Source of the DNA: Patescibacteria group bacterium
GTDB lineage: Bacteria; Patescibacteriota; Patescibacteriia; Patescibacteriales; UBA12465
NCBI GenBank assembly: GCA_041658665.1
Contig: JBAZZR010000002.1
Coordinates: forward strand, 243,437-307,436
Length of the DNA stretch: 64,000 nucleotides
Direction of reading: 5' to 3'
Both the position numbers and the translations under genes were made by a program. Below, one piece after another: positions 48,105 through 58,294 of this stretch (positions are counted from its first letter, which is position 1; each line of letters starts with the position of its first letter). The notes under the pieces were generated by a model. It had not been told where the DNA came from. It worked only from the letters and a program-made list of their open reading frames with translations, and searched no databases.

Positions 48105-50722
48105 AAATTATTAATCAAATCGACAATTTTTTTTAATTCTAGGGCATACTGATCTAATTTTTCTTTTTCTCCCGTAACTATTTTTTCCGGGGCGCGACTC
48201 ATAAATTCAGCATTAGCTAATTTTTGAGATTGTTTATCCAACAATTTCTCTAAATTACTCTTTTCTTTAATTAAACGGTCTTTTTCTTGGGCGACATCAA
48301 CAGACACCAATAAATAAATCTCCATTTCACCAATAACTATCGCCAGCGCCCCCTTAATCTTCTCTCCCTTTTCTTTGATTTCTAAAGAACTAAGGCCAGT
48401 CCGCAAACCGCTAATTAAATCTCGATTACTCTCTAGCTTAGCCGTACGGCTATGACCATAAATCACGGCCATGAGCTTCTGGGACGCTTCAATTTTATTA
48501 GCGCTACGCGCATTACGAATAGCGACGATGACTTCTTGTAGATAATTAAAATCGTCAGTCACACTAACCCGCAAAGACTTATCAGGTTGCGGCCACCCGG
48601 CAACCATCAACAGAGAATCATTAAAACTAGCCCAGATAGTTTCGGTGACATAAGGAATAAAAGGATGCCACAGAATGAGAATATTTCTTAAAACATAAAT
48701 TAATATTTGTTCCTTATCTTTTTCAATTTTCGCTATCTCTAAATACCAATCCGCTAATTTATTCCAAGTGAAATCAAACAAATCCTCAGCCGCTAAAGAA
48801 AATTCAAAATTATTTAAGCGGGCGGTCGTTCTCCTAATCAAATCGTCCAATTCTTTAATAATCCAGGCATCCGCCTCGGTCCGGACGATCGGCCAAATTT
48901 CTAACGAGGACGCAAAAAACTTTTCGTCGACAGCGCCCAGAATAAATCTAGAAATATTCCAAAATTTATTAATAAAATTACGTTTCGCTGCGACTTTGTC
49001 TTCACTATAACGAGAATCATTACCTGGGGTAGAGCCCATTAACAGGGCCAGCCTTAAAGAGTCAGCTCCATATTTTTCAATGACTTCTAAAGGATCAACG
49101 CCATTACCCTTGGACTTAGACATTTTCTTGCCATCTTTATCTAAAATAGTGCCATGTAAATAAACATGCTCAAAAGGTATTTCATTAAGAGCAAAAAATG
49201 ACATCATAATCATCCGCGACACCCAGAGAGTCAAAATTTCATAACCAGTTTCTAAAACTTGCGTTGGGTGAAACCTAGCTAAATCACCAGTTTTTACACC
49301 ATCTTTTAAATTATCCGGCCAACCTAACGTCGAAAATGTCCACATACCCGAAGAAAACCAAGTATCTAAAGTATCTTCGTCTTTAATCCAACCCTCTCCG
49401 GTAGGTGCATTTTCTCCAACATAAACATCGTCATTTTTATACCAAACCGGTAATTCGTGCCCAAACCAAATCTGACGAGAAATACACCAATCGTGTAAAT
49501 TAGTCATCCAGTCTTTAAAACTCTTATTAAATCTCTCTGGTAAAAATTCAATGTCTCTTTTTTCGACCGCCTCTAGAGCCTTTTCTTTCAGGGATTTATT
49601 TCCAAGACGTTCTAACTTTTTATCAACACTAATAAACCATTGCTTCGAAGGCAATGGTTCAATAACCGTATCACAACGATAACAAACCGCCGCACTATGC
49701 TCATAATTTTCATCAATATGATCAATAAATCCCATTGAGAGCATGTCCTCCACAATTGCCTCCCTGGCTTCTTTAGTTGTTAATCCAGCATATTTTCCGC
49801 AATTATCCATCATTCTTCCGTCTTCATTAATAATTTTTTTACTAGGCAAATTATGTCTCTGGGCAATTTCATTGTCAATAAAGCTGTGAGCAGGAGTTAC
49901 TTTAATTGCCCCGGATCCAAAATCCATATCGACGGCGTAATCAGCAACTACAACAACCTTAAAAGAACCAAGAACTCCTTCGATGTCTAGCTCTTGACCA
50001 ATATATTTTTTATATCGTTCGTCACTAGGGTGGACAGCGACCGCGGTGTCGCCAAGCTTAGTTTCCGGGCGAGAAGTGGCTAAAATAAACGGACCATATT
50101 TTATCCAATATAGTTTTGCTGTTTCGTCTTTATGTTCTACCTCATCATCAGCTAAAGTCGAGTGACAGCGCGGGCACCAATTAATCACTCTTTCCCCGCG
50201 ATAAATAACCCCCTCATTATACATGCTAATAAACATCGTGCTGACTGCTTTTTGACGTTGTTCGTCTAAAGTAAAGGCCAAACGAGACCAATCAAGGGAA
50301 GACCCCATCTTTTTAGTCTGATTAAGAATAACCCCTTGGGTTTCCTTAACAAATTTCCAAACTTCAGCTAAAAATTTCTCCCGTCCTAAATCATGCCTAG
50401 TTTTCCCGCTTTCCTTTAATATTTTCTTCTCGACTACGCTTTGCGTGGCAATCGCCGCGTGATCGGTCCCAGGCAGCCAAAGAGCCCGCTCGCCTAAAAG
50501 ACGATGATAGCGGATTAACAAATCCTCAATCGCCAACATCGCGCTATGCCCGATATGTAATTTCGCGGTAATGTTTGGCGGGGGAAGAATAATGGTATAA
50601 TTTTTGGCGTCAGACGCTAATGACAAATTATCTGGATTAAAATAACCAGTATTTTCCCATTTCTGATAGATTTTATCTTCATGTTCGGCCGAATTATAGG
50701 CCTTAGAGAGTTCACATTTCAT
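48101..50722 (-). CDS. valS: Valine--tRNA ligase
   Basis: 'PPPNIT..LHIGH', 'GTDHA.IATQ', 'DWCISRQIW.GH', 'DTWFSS', 'KMSKS', coiled-coil tail. Confidence 0.97.
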   Translation of the reverse strand: MKCELSKAYNSAEHEDKIYQKWENTGYFNPDNLSLASDAKNYTIILPPPNITAKLHIGHSAMLAIEDLLIRYHRLLGERALWLPGTDHAAIATQSVVEKKILKESGKTRHDLGREKFLAEVWKFVKETQGVILNQTKKMGSSLDWSRLAFTLDEQRQKAVSTMFISMYNEGVIYRGERVINWCPRCHSTLADDEVEHKDETAKLYWIKYGPFILATSRPETKLGDTAVAVHPSDERYKKYIGQELDIEGVLGSFKVVVVADYAVDMDFGSGAIKVTPAHSFIDNEIAQRHNLPSKKIINEDGRMMDNCGKYAGLTTKEAREAIVEDMLSMGFIDHIDENYEHSAAVCYRCDTVIEPLPSKQWFISVDKKLERLGNKSLKEKALEAVEKRDIEFLPERFNKSFKDWMTNLHDWCISRQIWFGHELPVWYKNDDVYVGENAPTGEGWIKDEDTLDTWFSSGMWTFSTLGWPDNLKDGVKTGDLARFHPTQVLETGYEILTLWVSRMIMMSFFALNEIPFEHVYLHGTILDKDGKKMSKSKGNGVDPLEVIEKYGADSLRLALLMGSTPGNDSRYSEDKVAAKRNFINKFWNISRFILGAVDEKFFASSLEIWPIVRTEADAWIIKELDDLIRRTTARLNNFEFSLAAEDLFDFTWNKLADWYLEIAKIEKDKEQILIYVLRNILILWHPFIPYVTETIWASFNDSLLMVAGWPQPDKSLRVSVTDDFNYLQEVIVAIRNARSANKIEASQKLMAVIYGHSRTAKLESNRDLISGLRTGLSSLEIKEKGEKIKGALAIVIGEMEIYLLVSVDVAQEKDRLIKEKSNLEKLLDKQSQKLANAEFMSRAPEKIVTGEKEKLDQYALELKKIVDLINNL

Positions 50723-50874
50723 AGCTTAAAATTACCAAAAAAATAGGCCAAAGTCAATTCACCAAGTAATTGTTTTTTATATTAAATCGGCTTTAAGTCA
50801 AGATTGACTAGGTCATAAAATAATTATATAGTTAATCATTAAACTAATATTATTCCCGGGCTTATCTAGACCAC

Positions 50875-52017
50875 ATGCTCAACTTAGAACAACAAATTTT
50901 CCAACAATTAGAAAAATCGCAAAATATTCTAATCGTATTCGCGACTAATTGGGGGGGTGATTCTATGGCGGCCGCCCTCGCCTTTTTTTTATTTCTCAAA
51001 AAAATGGATAAAAATGTCGAAATCGCCACCACTAAAGATAGTAATAAATTAGAACAATTATCTTTTTTACCCGCTTACGCCGAAATTAAAAATGATTTGA
51101 ATAATTTACAGAAATTTATAGTCTCGCTCAATATTAGCCAAGCGAAAATAAACCAAATAAAATATACCGTCGACAATAACCAGCTTAATTTTATAATTTC
51201 CCCTTCGAGCGGTTGGTTCGAACCAGAAGACGTTAGTATGCGTGCCGGCGAATTTAAATATGATCTAATTATTACTCTAGGCGCCAATGACTTAGAATCT
51301 TTAGGAAAAATTTATGATGATAATATTAATTTTTTCTATAAAACCACCATTATTAATATCAGCTGCCAATCGGCTAATGAAAGTTTTGGACAAATTAATT
51401 TAATCGACTTAAACGCAATCGCCGATTCAGAAATTCTCTTTTCGCTCTTCAAAAATAATAAAGCCGAATTACTGAGCGAGGATATTGCCACCTGCCTCTT
51501 GGCCGGTATAATCCAAAAAACTCGAAACTTCAAAAATACCAATCTCACTCCCCGCGTTCTTTCAGATACAGCCGAACTAATATTCAAAGGCGCTAGACGA
51601 GAAGAAATAATCACTCATTTATATCGTTCTCGCAACATTAACTCTCTAAAACTTTGGGGAAAAATACTTAATAATCTAAAATCGGAAAATAACGAAGAGT
51701 TTTTATGGTCTGTCCTTCGCACTAACGATTTTATAGACACGGGCGCGACCGATGAAGACTTAGATAATATCATCGAGGAGCTTATTGCGAGTATCCCTAA
51801 AGCCAAAATAATAGTCATTCTGCGTGAAGAAGAAATTAATAAAACTAAACTGATTACTTATTCTTTAAAAAACATTAACGCCTTAGAATTTACTCAAGAA
51901 TATAACCCGACCGGAACTATTAGATGCGCCCAGGCTAGCCTAGCCCTAGATCTCCAAACGGCTATCGTGGAAATTATTGTGACCTTAAAGCGTCGGCTTG
52001 ATAAATTAACTTCATAA
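50875..52017 (+). CDS. DHH/NrnA-like phosphoesterase homolog with degenerate catalytic motifs
   Basis: NrnA-like layout ('IATCLLAGI...T..F....T', 'LKLWG..L'), but motif residues replaced. Confidence 0.7.
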   Translation: MLNLEQQIFQQLEKSQNILIVFATNWGGDSMAAALAFFLFLKKMDKNVEIATTKDSNKLEQLSFLPAYAEIKNDLNNLQKFIVSLNISQAKINQIKYTVDNNQLNFIISPSSGWFEPEDVSMRAGEFKYDLIITLGANDLESLGKIYDDNINFFYKTTIINISCQSANESFGQINLIDLNAIADSEILFSLFKNNKAELLSEDIATCLLAGIIQKTRNFKNTNLTPRVLSDTAELIFKGARREEIITHLYRSRNINSLKLWGKILNNLKSENNEEFLWSVLRTNDFIDTGATDEDLDNIIEELIASIPKAKIIVILREEEINKTKLITYSLKNINALEFTQEYNPTGTIRCAQASLALDLQTAIVEIIVTLKRRLDKLTS

Positions 52018-52080
52018 TGTTATAAAATAATTGTTACTTACCAAACGCTTGCAATATCCACTAGTGATAATTATAATGTA

Positions 52081-52154
52081 GGGCATATAGCTCAGTTGGT
52101 TAGAGCACCGCTCTTATAAAGCGGGGGTCGATGGTTCAAGTCCATCTATGCCCA
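52081..52154 (+). tRNA. tRNA-Ile(TAT)
   Basis: GGGCATA...TATGCCC-A; anticodon arm CCGCT-CTTATAA-AGCGG, anticodon TAT at 52115-52117. Confidence 0.9.
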
Positions 52155-52170
52155 CGACTAATAAAATAAA

Positions 52171-52244
52171 GGGCTCGTAGCTCAGTTGGTTAGAGCGTTA
52201 CGTTGACATCGTAAAGGTCGCCCGTTCGAATCGGGCCGGGCCCA
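52171..52244 (+). tRNA. tRNA-Val(GAC)
   Basis: GGGCTCG...CGGGCCC-A, loop TTGACAT. Confidence 0.93.
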
Positions 52245-52331
52245 CTAAGAGATACGTTTTTAAAAAACGTATTTTTTATTACTTATTTACTTTTTTATCA
52301 ATTATTGATAAATTATAAGAGAAATAATAAT

Positions 52332-52748
52332 ATGATTTTCCGTAAAAAAGGAGAGGACAACCATTTAATAACAAAGACCAGTCCGTCCATTACGGAGTGG
52401 CTTGATTACGAGGAACCAGAATCAGAGGGTCAATTAGCGATTGATGTTTACCAAACCGACAAAAAAATTATTATTCAATCGACTATCGCCGGCGCTAAAC
52501 CGGAAGATTTAAAGATCTCTTTACATAATGATTTACTGACTATTCGCGGGACTCGTTTAAGTGGTGGGGAAATTAATAATAATGATTACTTATATCGAGA
52601 ATGCTATTGGGGGGCTTTCTCTCGTTCCATTATCTTGCCGGCCGAAGTCGACAGTAAACACGTGGAAGCGGAACTTGAGAATGGCGTTTTGACCATCACG
52701 CTCTACAAACATCAACCCGACAAAATTGAAATAAAAATAAAGGATTAA
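52332..52748 (+). CDS. Hsp20/alpha-crystallin small heat shock protein (track start 52305)
   Basis: 'IDVYQT', 'LTIRG.R', 'ECYWG.FSRSI.LP', 'A.LENGVLTI'. Confidence 0.92.
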   Translation: MIFRKKGEDNHLITKTSPSITEWLDYEEPESEGQLAIDVYQTDKKIIIQSTIAGAKPEDLKISLHNDLLTIRGTRLSGGEINNNDYLYRECYWGAFSRSIILPAEVDSKHVEAELENGVLTITLYKHQPDKIEIKIKD

Positions 52749-52766
52749 ACACCGACTTTAAAATAT

Positions 52767-54677
52767 ATGAAATTAGAGGCGCGCCTAGCAGGAATTATTA
52801 TTATCATATTTTCTTTGCTGATAGCCTCTTTTTTGATATTTTCTTATTTTACTTGGTCACAACAATACCAGCAACGAATTTACCCCGGCGTCTACCTAGG
52901 AGATTTAGACTTGGGTGGTAAAACCTCTCAACAAGCGGAAGCCCTACTTAATGAACGTCTAGAGACTATTCAAAATAACGGCTTAACCTTTACCGACAAT
53001 AAAAAATCGGCTATTTTAATGGCCGACGTGGTCTCTTTTGATTCTGATTTATCCCGTCCCGCCTTCTTATTCAACAAACAAGAAACTCTCGCCGCCATTT
53101 ACGGAAACGACTCCGACCGCACTTTTCTACACTATTTAATAAACTCAATAAAAACAAAAAAGCGTAAACAAGTTTTAGCTATTTACCAATTAAACGAAGA
53201 GATTATCATCTCCTTTTTAAAAGAAAATTTTCCGGAATTAAATATTGAAGCGAAAAACGCTTCTTTTACTGTCGCCGATAAACCAGCTAATCATAATTTA
53301 TTAAAAATAGCTCCGGAAACTCCCGGTAAAGAAATAAACTATGAACAAATTTGGCAAGAAATTAAAAATAAATTTAACAATTTAGAAACAGGAATAATTA
53401 TTGTTAAGACCCAATCGAAATATCCTTTAGTCCGAGCGACTGATTTAATAAATATTTCTCCCGAAGCAGAAAAAATAATCAACCGTGGCAATTTAACTTT
53501 ACTACTACCCGCTGAGATCGGAACATCGACTAGAAAAAGCTGGGTGGTAACACCCCAAAAAATAGTTACCTGGTTAAGCCTTCAAGATTCACAAAATCAA
53601 AAGATTATTTTTCTCGACTACGAAAAAATTAAATCCTATTTAACGAGTGTCATCGCCCCACAAGTAAATTTAGAGGCGAGTTTACCAAGATTTGAAATAA
53701 AAAACGGCAAAGTATCGAGCTGGCAAAAAGGACAAAGCGGACAAAAATTAGAATTAGAAAATAATGCTATCAACATTAGTCAAGAATATCTCAGCGGACG
53801 TAGCGAAGTCTCTTTATTAATGACAGAAATCTCAGCTGAAGAACCAGTTGGAGAAAATATGCAAATTAAAGAAATCCTCGGCACTGGGCATTCAAATTTT
53901 ACAGGCTCACCGGCTAATCGCCGACATAATATTCAAACGGGAGCTAACGCCCTCCACGGATTATTAATCAAACCCGGCGAGGAATTTTCTCTATTAAAGA
54001 CTATTGGTGAGGTTAATGCTCAGACGGGGTACCTAACGGAATTAGTTATTAAAGGCGACAAAACAATACCCGAATTCGGGGGCGGCTTATGCCAAATCGG
54101 AACTACTATTTTTCGTTCCGCTCTTTCCTCTGGACTCCCTATTACCATGAGACAAAACCATTCTTATCGAGTTTCTTATTACGAGCCCGCGGGAACTGAT
54201 GCCACTATCTATATCCCCAATCCAGATTTTCGTTTTCTTAATGATACTGGTAATTATATTTTAATTCAGTCTCGTTTGGTAAAAAATGACTTATATTTTG
54301 ATCTTTGGGGGGTAAAAGATGGCCGCTTAGCCACTACGACCTATCCGGTAATTTATAATATCGTCGAACCGGAACCGACTAAATTAGTAGAGAGTAATGA
54401 CTTAAAACCCGGTGAAAAAAAATGCACCGAAAAATCTCATAACGGCGCCGACGCCTACTTTGATTACACCGTTATCTATCCTAGTACTAGTACTACACCC
54501 AACGTTAAAGAAAGAAGATTTAAATCTCATTACGTTCCCTGGAGAGCGGTCTGTTTAATCGGTAAATCAACATCAAGTTCGGCGATTATCTCAAGTTCAA
54601 CTCCCTCTAAATTAGGTACCAGTAGTCTGCCTAATGCTAGTTCCAGTTTGCAGGCTAGCTCTTCTTTAATAAATTAA
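52767..54677 (+). CDS. VanW family protein with PG_binding_4 repeats
   Basis: 'NR.HNI', 'PGEEFS', 'GGGLCQ..TT', 'R.NHSYRV.YY', 'DAT', 'D.RF.NDT'. Confidence 0.88.
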   Translation: MKLEARLAGIIIIIFSLLIASFLIFSYFTWSQQYQQRIYPGVYLGDLDLGGKTSQQAEALLNERLETIQNNGLTFTDNKKSAILMADVVSFDSDLSRPAFLFNKQETLAAIYGNDSDRTFLHYLINSIKTKKRKQVLAIYQLNEEIIISFLKENFPELNIEAKNASFTVADKPANHNLLKIAPETPGKEINYEQIWQEIKNKFNNLETGIIIVKTQSKYPLVRATDLINISPEAEKIINRGNLTLLLPAEIGTSTRKSWVVTPQKIVTWLSLQDSQNQKIIFLDYEKIKSYLTSVIAPQVNLEASLPRFEIKNGKVSSWQKGQSGQKLELENNAINISQEYLSGRSEVSLLMTEISAEEPVGENMQIKEILGTGHSNFTGSPANRRHNIQTGANALHGLLIKPGEEFSLLKTIGEVNAQTGYLTELVIKGDKTIPEFGGGLCQIGTTIFRSALSSGLPITMRQNHSYRVSYYEPAGTDATIYIPNPDFRFLNDTGNYILIQSRLVKNDLYFDLWGVKDGRLATTTYPVIYNIVEPEPTKLVESNDLKPGEKKCTEKSHNGADAYFDYTVIYPSTSTTPNVKERRFKSHYVPWRAVCLIGKSTSSSAIISSSTPSKLGTSSLPNASSSLQASSSLIN

Positions 54678-54757
54678 AAACGACCGGGACAGCGGCCGTT
54701 ATTTTAACTAGATAAAATATTCCAAAGAATTACTCGAATTTATCGTGATCAGACTAA

Positions 54758-55504
54758 TTAGCTAACAATTTCTCCATCAATAACCCCGGCGGCCTTAGAG
54801 CCGCTATTTTTTTTAAAAGTTAAACCCTGCTGTAAAGCGGTTAATAGAGTTAACACCAACCAATAAAGCGTCAGCCCGCCGGGCAGGGAAATACCAATAA
54901 AAATAGTTAGAGCGGGCATAAAATAAAGCATTTGTTTATTCATAATCGCCGCCATATTATCTTCTGCCCCTTTAATCGCGTTAACCGCTGGCTTATTAAT
55001 CATCATTTTCGCCTGCAAAAATTGAGCTAGACCGGCTAAAACCGCCAAATAAACACTCGGATGAGCTAAATCTAAAAAACCCAAAGATAGAGTATTAATA
55101 ATTGTTGGTCGACTAATAAAAGAGTAAGTCAGCTCTAATTGATTATTAATACTATTAGTAAAAACTCGATAAACAGCTAATAAAAATGGTAGTTGAATAA
55201 GTAGTGGCAAACAAGAAGAAAAGGGATTAACTTTATTTTCTTTATACAAATCCATGGTCGCACGGCTGAGCTCGGCCTTATTGTCAGCATGTCGTTTCTT
55301 CAGCTCCTCTATTTTCGGTTGCAAATCTTGCAGGGCTTTCTGGGACTTAATTGCTGTTCTGCCTAATGGCCAAAAAACTAATTTTATAACTACCGTTAAT
55401 AGAATAATAGCAATACCTAGATCCTGAAAAGAAATAGTATTATATAAAAAAATTAAAAGATTTAAAATCGGCTGGTAAAAAAGAATCGTAAAAATTTGCG
55501 ACAT
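54758..55504 (-). CDS. yidC: Membrane protein insertase YidC (short Oxa1-type)
   Basis: 'GIAIILLT', 'LQP', 'NPFSSCLPLLIQLP', 'GLTLYW'. Confidence 0.93.
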   Translation of the reverse strand: MSQIFTILFYQPILNLLIFLYNTISFQDLGIAIILLTVVIKLVFWPLGRTAIKSQKALQDLQPKIEELKKRHADNKAELSRATMDLYKENKVNPFSSCLPLLIQLPFLLAVYRVFTNSINNQLELTYSFISRPTIINTLSLGFLDLAHPSVYLAVLAGLAQFLQAKMMINKPAVNAIKGAEDNMAAIMNKQMLYFMPALTIFIGISLPGGLTLYWLVLTLLTALQQGLTFKKNSGSKAAGVIDGEIVS

Positions 55505-55609
55505 AAAATTTATCTATTTTATTAAATTTAAAAATATGTAATTAATCATTACAATATATATTATATCTCCCGTTCATTATAAATTATAAACAAAAAATAA
55601 GCCACTTAT

Positions 55610-55864
55610 TTATTTTAGAGGATCGTCGCCTCCTTTATTCCAGGGATTACAGCGCAAAACACGCCAAACCGCCAAAGAACCACCCTTAACCACACCATAC
55701 TTATCAATAGCTTCTAAACAATAAGTTGAACAACTGGGCGTAAAACGACAAAAGCCATAAGGGTAAAAAAATTTAAATAAACCATGATCGGGAGACAAGG
55801 TTTTTTGATAAACTTTTATTAGAAAAACTAATATTTTTCTAGGTATAAATAATATTTTTAACAT
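55610..55864 (-). CDS. yidD: Membrane protein insertion efficiency factor YidD
   Basis: 'YQ...SP', 'CRF.PSCS.Y', 'RCNPW..GG.DP'. Confidence 0.93.
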   Translation of the reverse strand: MLKILFIPRKILVFLIKVYQKTLSPDHGLFKFFYPYGFCRFTPSCSTYCLEAIDKYGVVKGGSLAVWRVLRCNPWNKGGDDPLK

Positions 55865-55884
55865 AAATAATATTAAATATTAGC

Positions 55885-56226
55885 CTAATTATAAAGTTTT
55901 AAGCGACTAAAACCAGATTTTAGGGATAATCTAATATCAGTAAAATTTTTATCTAATATTGGCGGAAGAACAATAATAACCAAATCTTTACCTGTTTTCA
56001 TTTTTTCCAGCTCTTCTTTAATAATAGATCTTATTCTTCGCTTAATAAGATTACGAACAGTGGCTTTTTTGCTAACTTTAGTACTAACTAATATTCCAAA
56101 ACGATTAACCCCTAAATTATTATCAACTGATTTAACCCCAATAAGTTTATCATAAAAAGATTGACCAAACTTAAAAGCTTGGTCAAAATCTTTATCAAAC
56201 TTAATTCGATTATTCTTCGCTAGCAT
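55885..56226 (-). CDS. rnpA: Ribonuclease P protein component
   Basis: 'RFG..VS.KV.KKA..RN..KRR.R'. Confidence 0.93.
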   Translation of the reverse strand: MLAKNNRIKFDKDFDQAFKFGQSFYDKLIGVKSVDNNLGVNRFGILVSTKVSKKATVRNLIKRRIRSIIKEELEKMKTGKDLVIIVLPPILDKNFTDIRLSLKSGFSRLKLYN

Positions 56227-56243
56227 TTACGCTATTCTAAGAT

Positions 56244-56381
56244 TTACTTAACTATTTTCTTACGACCTTTCTCGCGGCGACGGCGTAAAACCTCACGGCC
56301 ATCTTTAGTAGCCATTCTCTTTAAAAATCCATGTTTTGTTTTGGCTCGGCGCTTGTTTGGCTGGTAGGTTCTTTTAGGCAT
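56244..56381 (-). CDS. rpmH: 50S ribosomal protein L34 (45 aa, not in the ORF track)
   Basis: [45 protein letters not shown]; canonical position. Confidence 0.96.
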   Translation of the reverse strand: MPKRTYQPNKRRAKTKHGFLKRMATKDGREVLRRRREKGRKKIVK

Positions 56382-56468
56382 AAATCACATTTTTAATTTA
56401 TTAATTCTTATATAAGATAACATCTTTATTTAATGAAGTCAATAATTTTTTTTACTTTAAATCTTATC

Positions 56469-56488
56469 TTATCCACTTGTTATCAACA
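56469..56488. promoter_or_regulatory. DnaA-box-like pair upstream of dnaA
   Basis: TTATCCACT (56469) and TTATCAACA (56480), one mismatch each to TTATCCACA. Confidence 0.6.
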
Positions 56489-56593
56489 TCTTCTAAACAA
56501 ATACCCAGCTTGTTATAAAATTATTTATCTAATATAATTAGGTTTATAAATATACTCTAACCTAACTCCGATTTTTAACGTTAATCTATTGGT

Positions 56594-58024
56594 ATGACAA
56601 ACGAACAAATTTGGCAGGCTGCCCTCGGGGAAATCGAGGTAAATTTATCACGCGCTAATTTCATTACCTGGTTTAAAGATACTTTTATCTCGTCTTTTGA
56701 AAACGAACGAATTATTTTGTGTGTCCCCAACGCTTTCGTAAAAAAATGGCTAGAAGAAAAATATCACCGCAATATTATTAGTGCTTTAGAAAATATTACT
56801 AAACAAAAAATTAAGGAAATAATCTATAAAATAGAATTAAAAAAGAACTCTAGTAGTTCTCAATTTAATCCTAGTAAAAATACCGAAAAAAATGGTAACG
56901 AACAACCAACTGGAGGTTTGAATAAATTTCCTGGTCAAGCGGCAACTCTAGAAACGAGTGGGTCCTTAAATAACGGCAGCCAAACTGGATCAAATCAATA
57001 TGGTTTAAACCCCCGCTATGTTTTCGAAAACTTCATTGTTGGACGAGGCAATGAATTAGCTCATGCCGCCTGTTTAGCAGTAACCGAAAATCTTGGTAAA
57101 TCTTATAACCCTTTATTTATCTACGGCGGTGTTGGTTTAGGAAAAACTCATCTTCTCCAAGCGATTGGTAACGCGGTCAGCAAAAGAACCAATAAAATTT
57201 TATACGTCACTAGTGAGAAATTCACTAATAATTACATCCAATCTGTGAAGGGCGGCCGCGCTAAAGAATTTAAAAATTTATATCGCAATGTTGATCTCCT
57301 CTTAATAGACGACGTTCAATTTATGGGCGGAAAAGACGGCACTCAGGAAGAATTCTTTCATACTTTTAATGAACTACAGCAGAACGATAAACAAATTGTT
57401 TTGACTTCTGACCGCCCCCCAAAATCAATCCCCGCTATTGAAAGCCGCCTAATTTCTCGCTTTGAGTCGGGAATGGTCGCTGATGTCGGTAAACCAGACA
57501 TCGAAACAAAGGTGGCTATTTTAGAAAGAAAGGCAATCGAAAAAAACTATCCCCTAGATAAAGAGATTCTAATGTACATAGCCGAACATGTCCAAAATAA
57601 TATTCGTGAATTAGAGGGGGCTTTAATTAAAGTTATCGCTTCCCACCAATTCAAGGGGATAACCCCTAATCTAAAAAGTGTTAAAGATATTCTTAACGAT
57701 TATGTCTCGAATATTCAGACAAAATCTTTAACACCAAAAGAAATTATTGAGGCCACCGCAAAATTCTATAATTTAACTTATAAAGATCTAATCAGTAAAG
57801 GGAGAAAAAAAGAATTGGTTTGGCCAAGGCAAATAGCTATTTTCTTAATCCGGGAAGAAATCGGAACCTCCTATCCTAGCATCGGGGCGGAACTCGGCGG
57901 GAGAGATCATACTACCGCCATGCACTCTTATAATAAAATCTACCAAGAAGTAAAAGAAAATGGGAATGAAAAAATTAAACAAGAAGTGGAGTCTATCCGA
58001 CAATTATTTTCAAGCGCTTACTAA
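56594..58024 (+). CDS. dnaA: Chromosomal replication initiator DnaA
   Basis: 'YNPLFIYGGVGLGKTHLL', 'LLIDDVQF', 'NIRELEGAL', 'GGRDHTT'. Confidence 0.98.
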   Translation: MTNEQIWQAALGEIEVNLSRANFITWFKDTFISSFENERIILCVPNAFVKKWLEEKYHRNIISALENITKQKIKEIIYKIELKKNSSSSQFNPSKNTEKNGNEQPTGGLNKFPGQAATLETSGSLNNGSQTGSNQYGLNPRYVFENFIVGRGNELAHAACLAVTENLGKSYNPLFIYGGVGLGKTHLLQAIGNAVSKRTNKILYVTSEKFTNNYIQSVKGGRAKEFKNLYRNVDLLLIDDVQFMGGKDGTQEEFFHTFNELQQNDKQIVLTSDRPPKSIPAIESRLISRFESGMVADVGKPDIETKVAILERKAIEKNYPLDKEILMYIAEHVQNNIRELEGALIKVIASHQFKGITPNLKSVKDILNDYVSNIQTKSLTPKEIIEATAKFYNLTYKDLISKGRKKELVWPRQIAIFLIREEIGTSYPSIGAELGGRDHTTAMHSYNKIYQEVKENGNEKIKQEVESIRQLFSSAY

Positions 58025-58294
58025 AAATCTGGTTTATTTCTGTGTATGAGCTGTGTAAAAATTATGAATAAAGGTCTAATTAATGTGAATAAAAATTGTC
58101 GAGGTGTTGATAAATAACTAAATAAAAAAAGTTATTAACGCCCACTCGAAATAATTAACAAGAAAATCAACAAGCTATAAACAAACGAAATTAAACAAAA
58201 CCCTAATTAAATGATTAAAATCGCGATAAACAAAAATTTATCCACCCCCTTATTACTATTATTAATTATATAATTAATAATTATAAATAATAAT
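58025..58294. other. Probable oriC (dnaA-dnaN intergenic region)
   Basis: DnaA-box-like TGTGTAAAA (58052), TGTGAATAA (58084), TGTTGATAA (58105), TTATCCACC (58238), followed by YTA trios and an AT-only tract. Confidence 0.75.

Noticed and set aside
49300-50150. Impression of different codon usage in the middle of valS (mosaic gene)
   Set aside because: Cannot be quantified by eye; the protein is continuous and canonical
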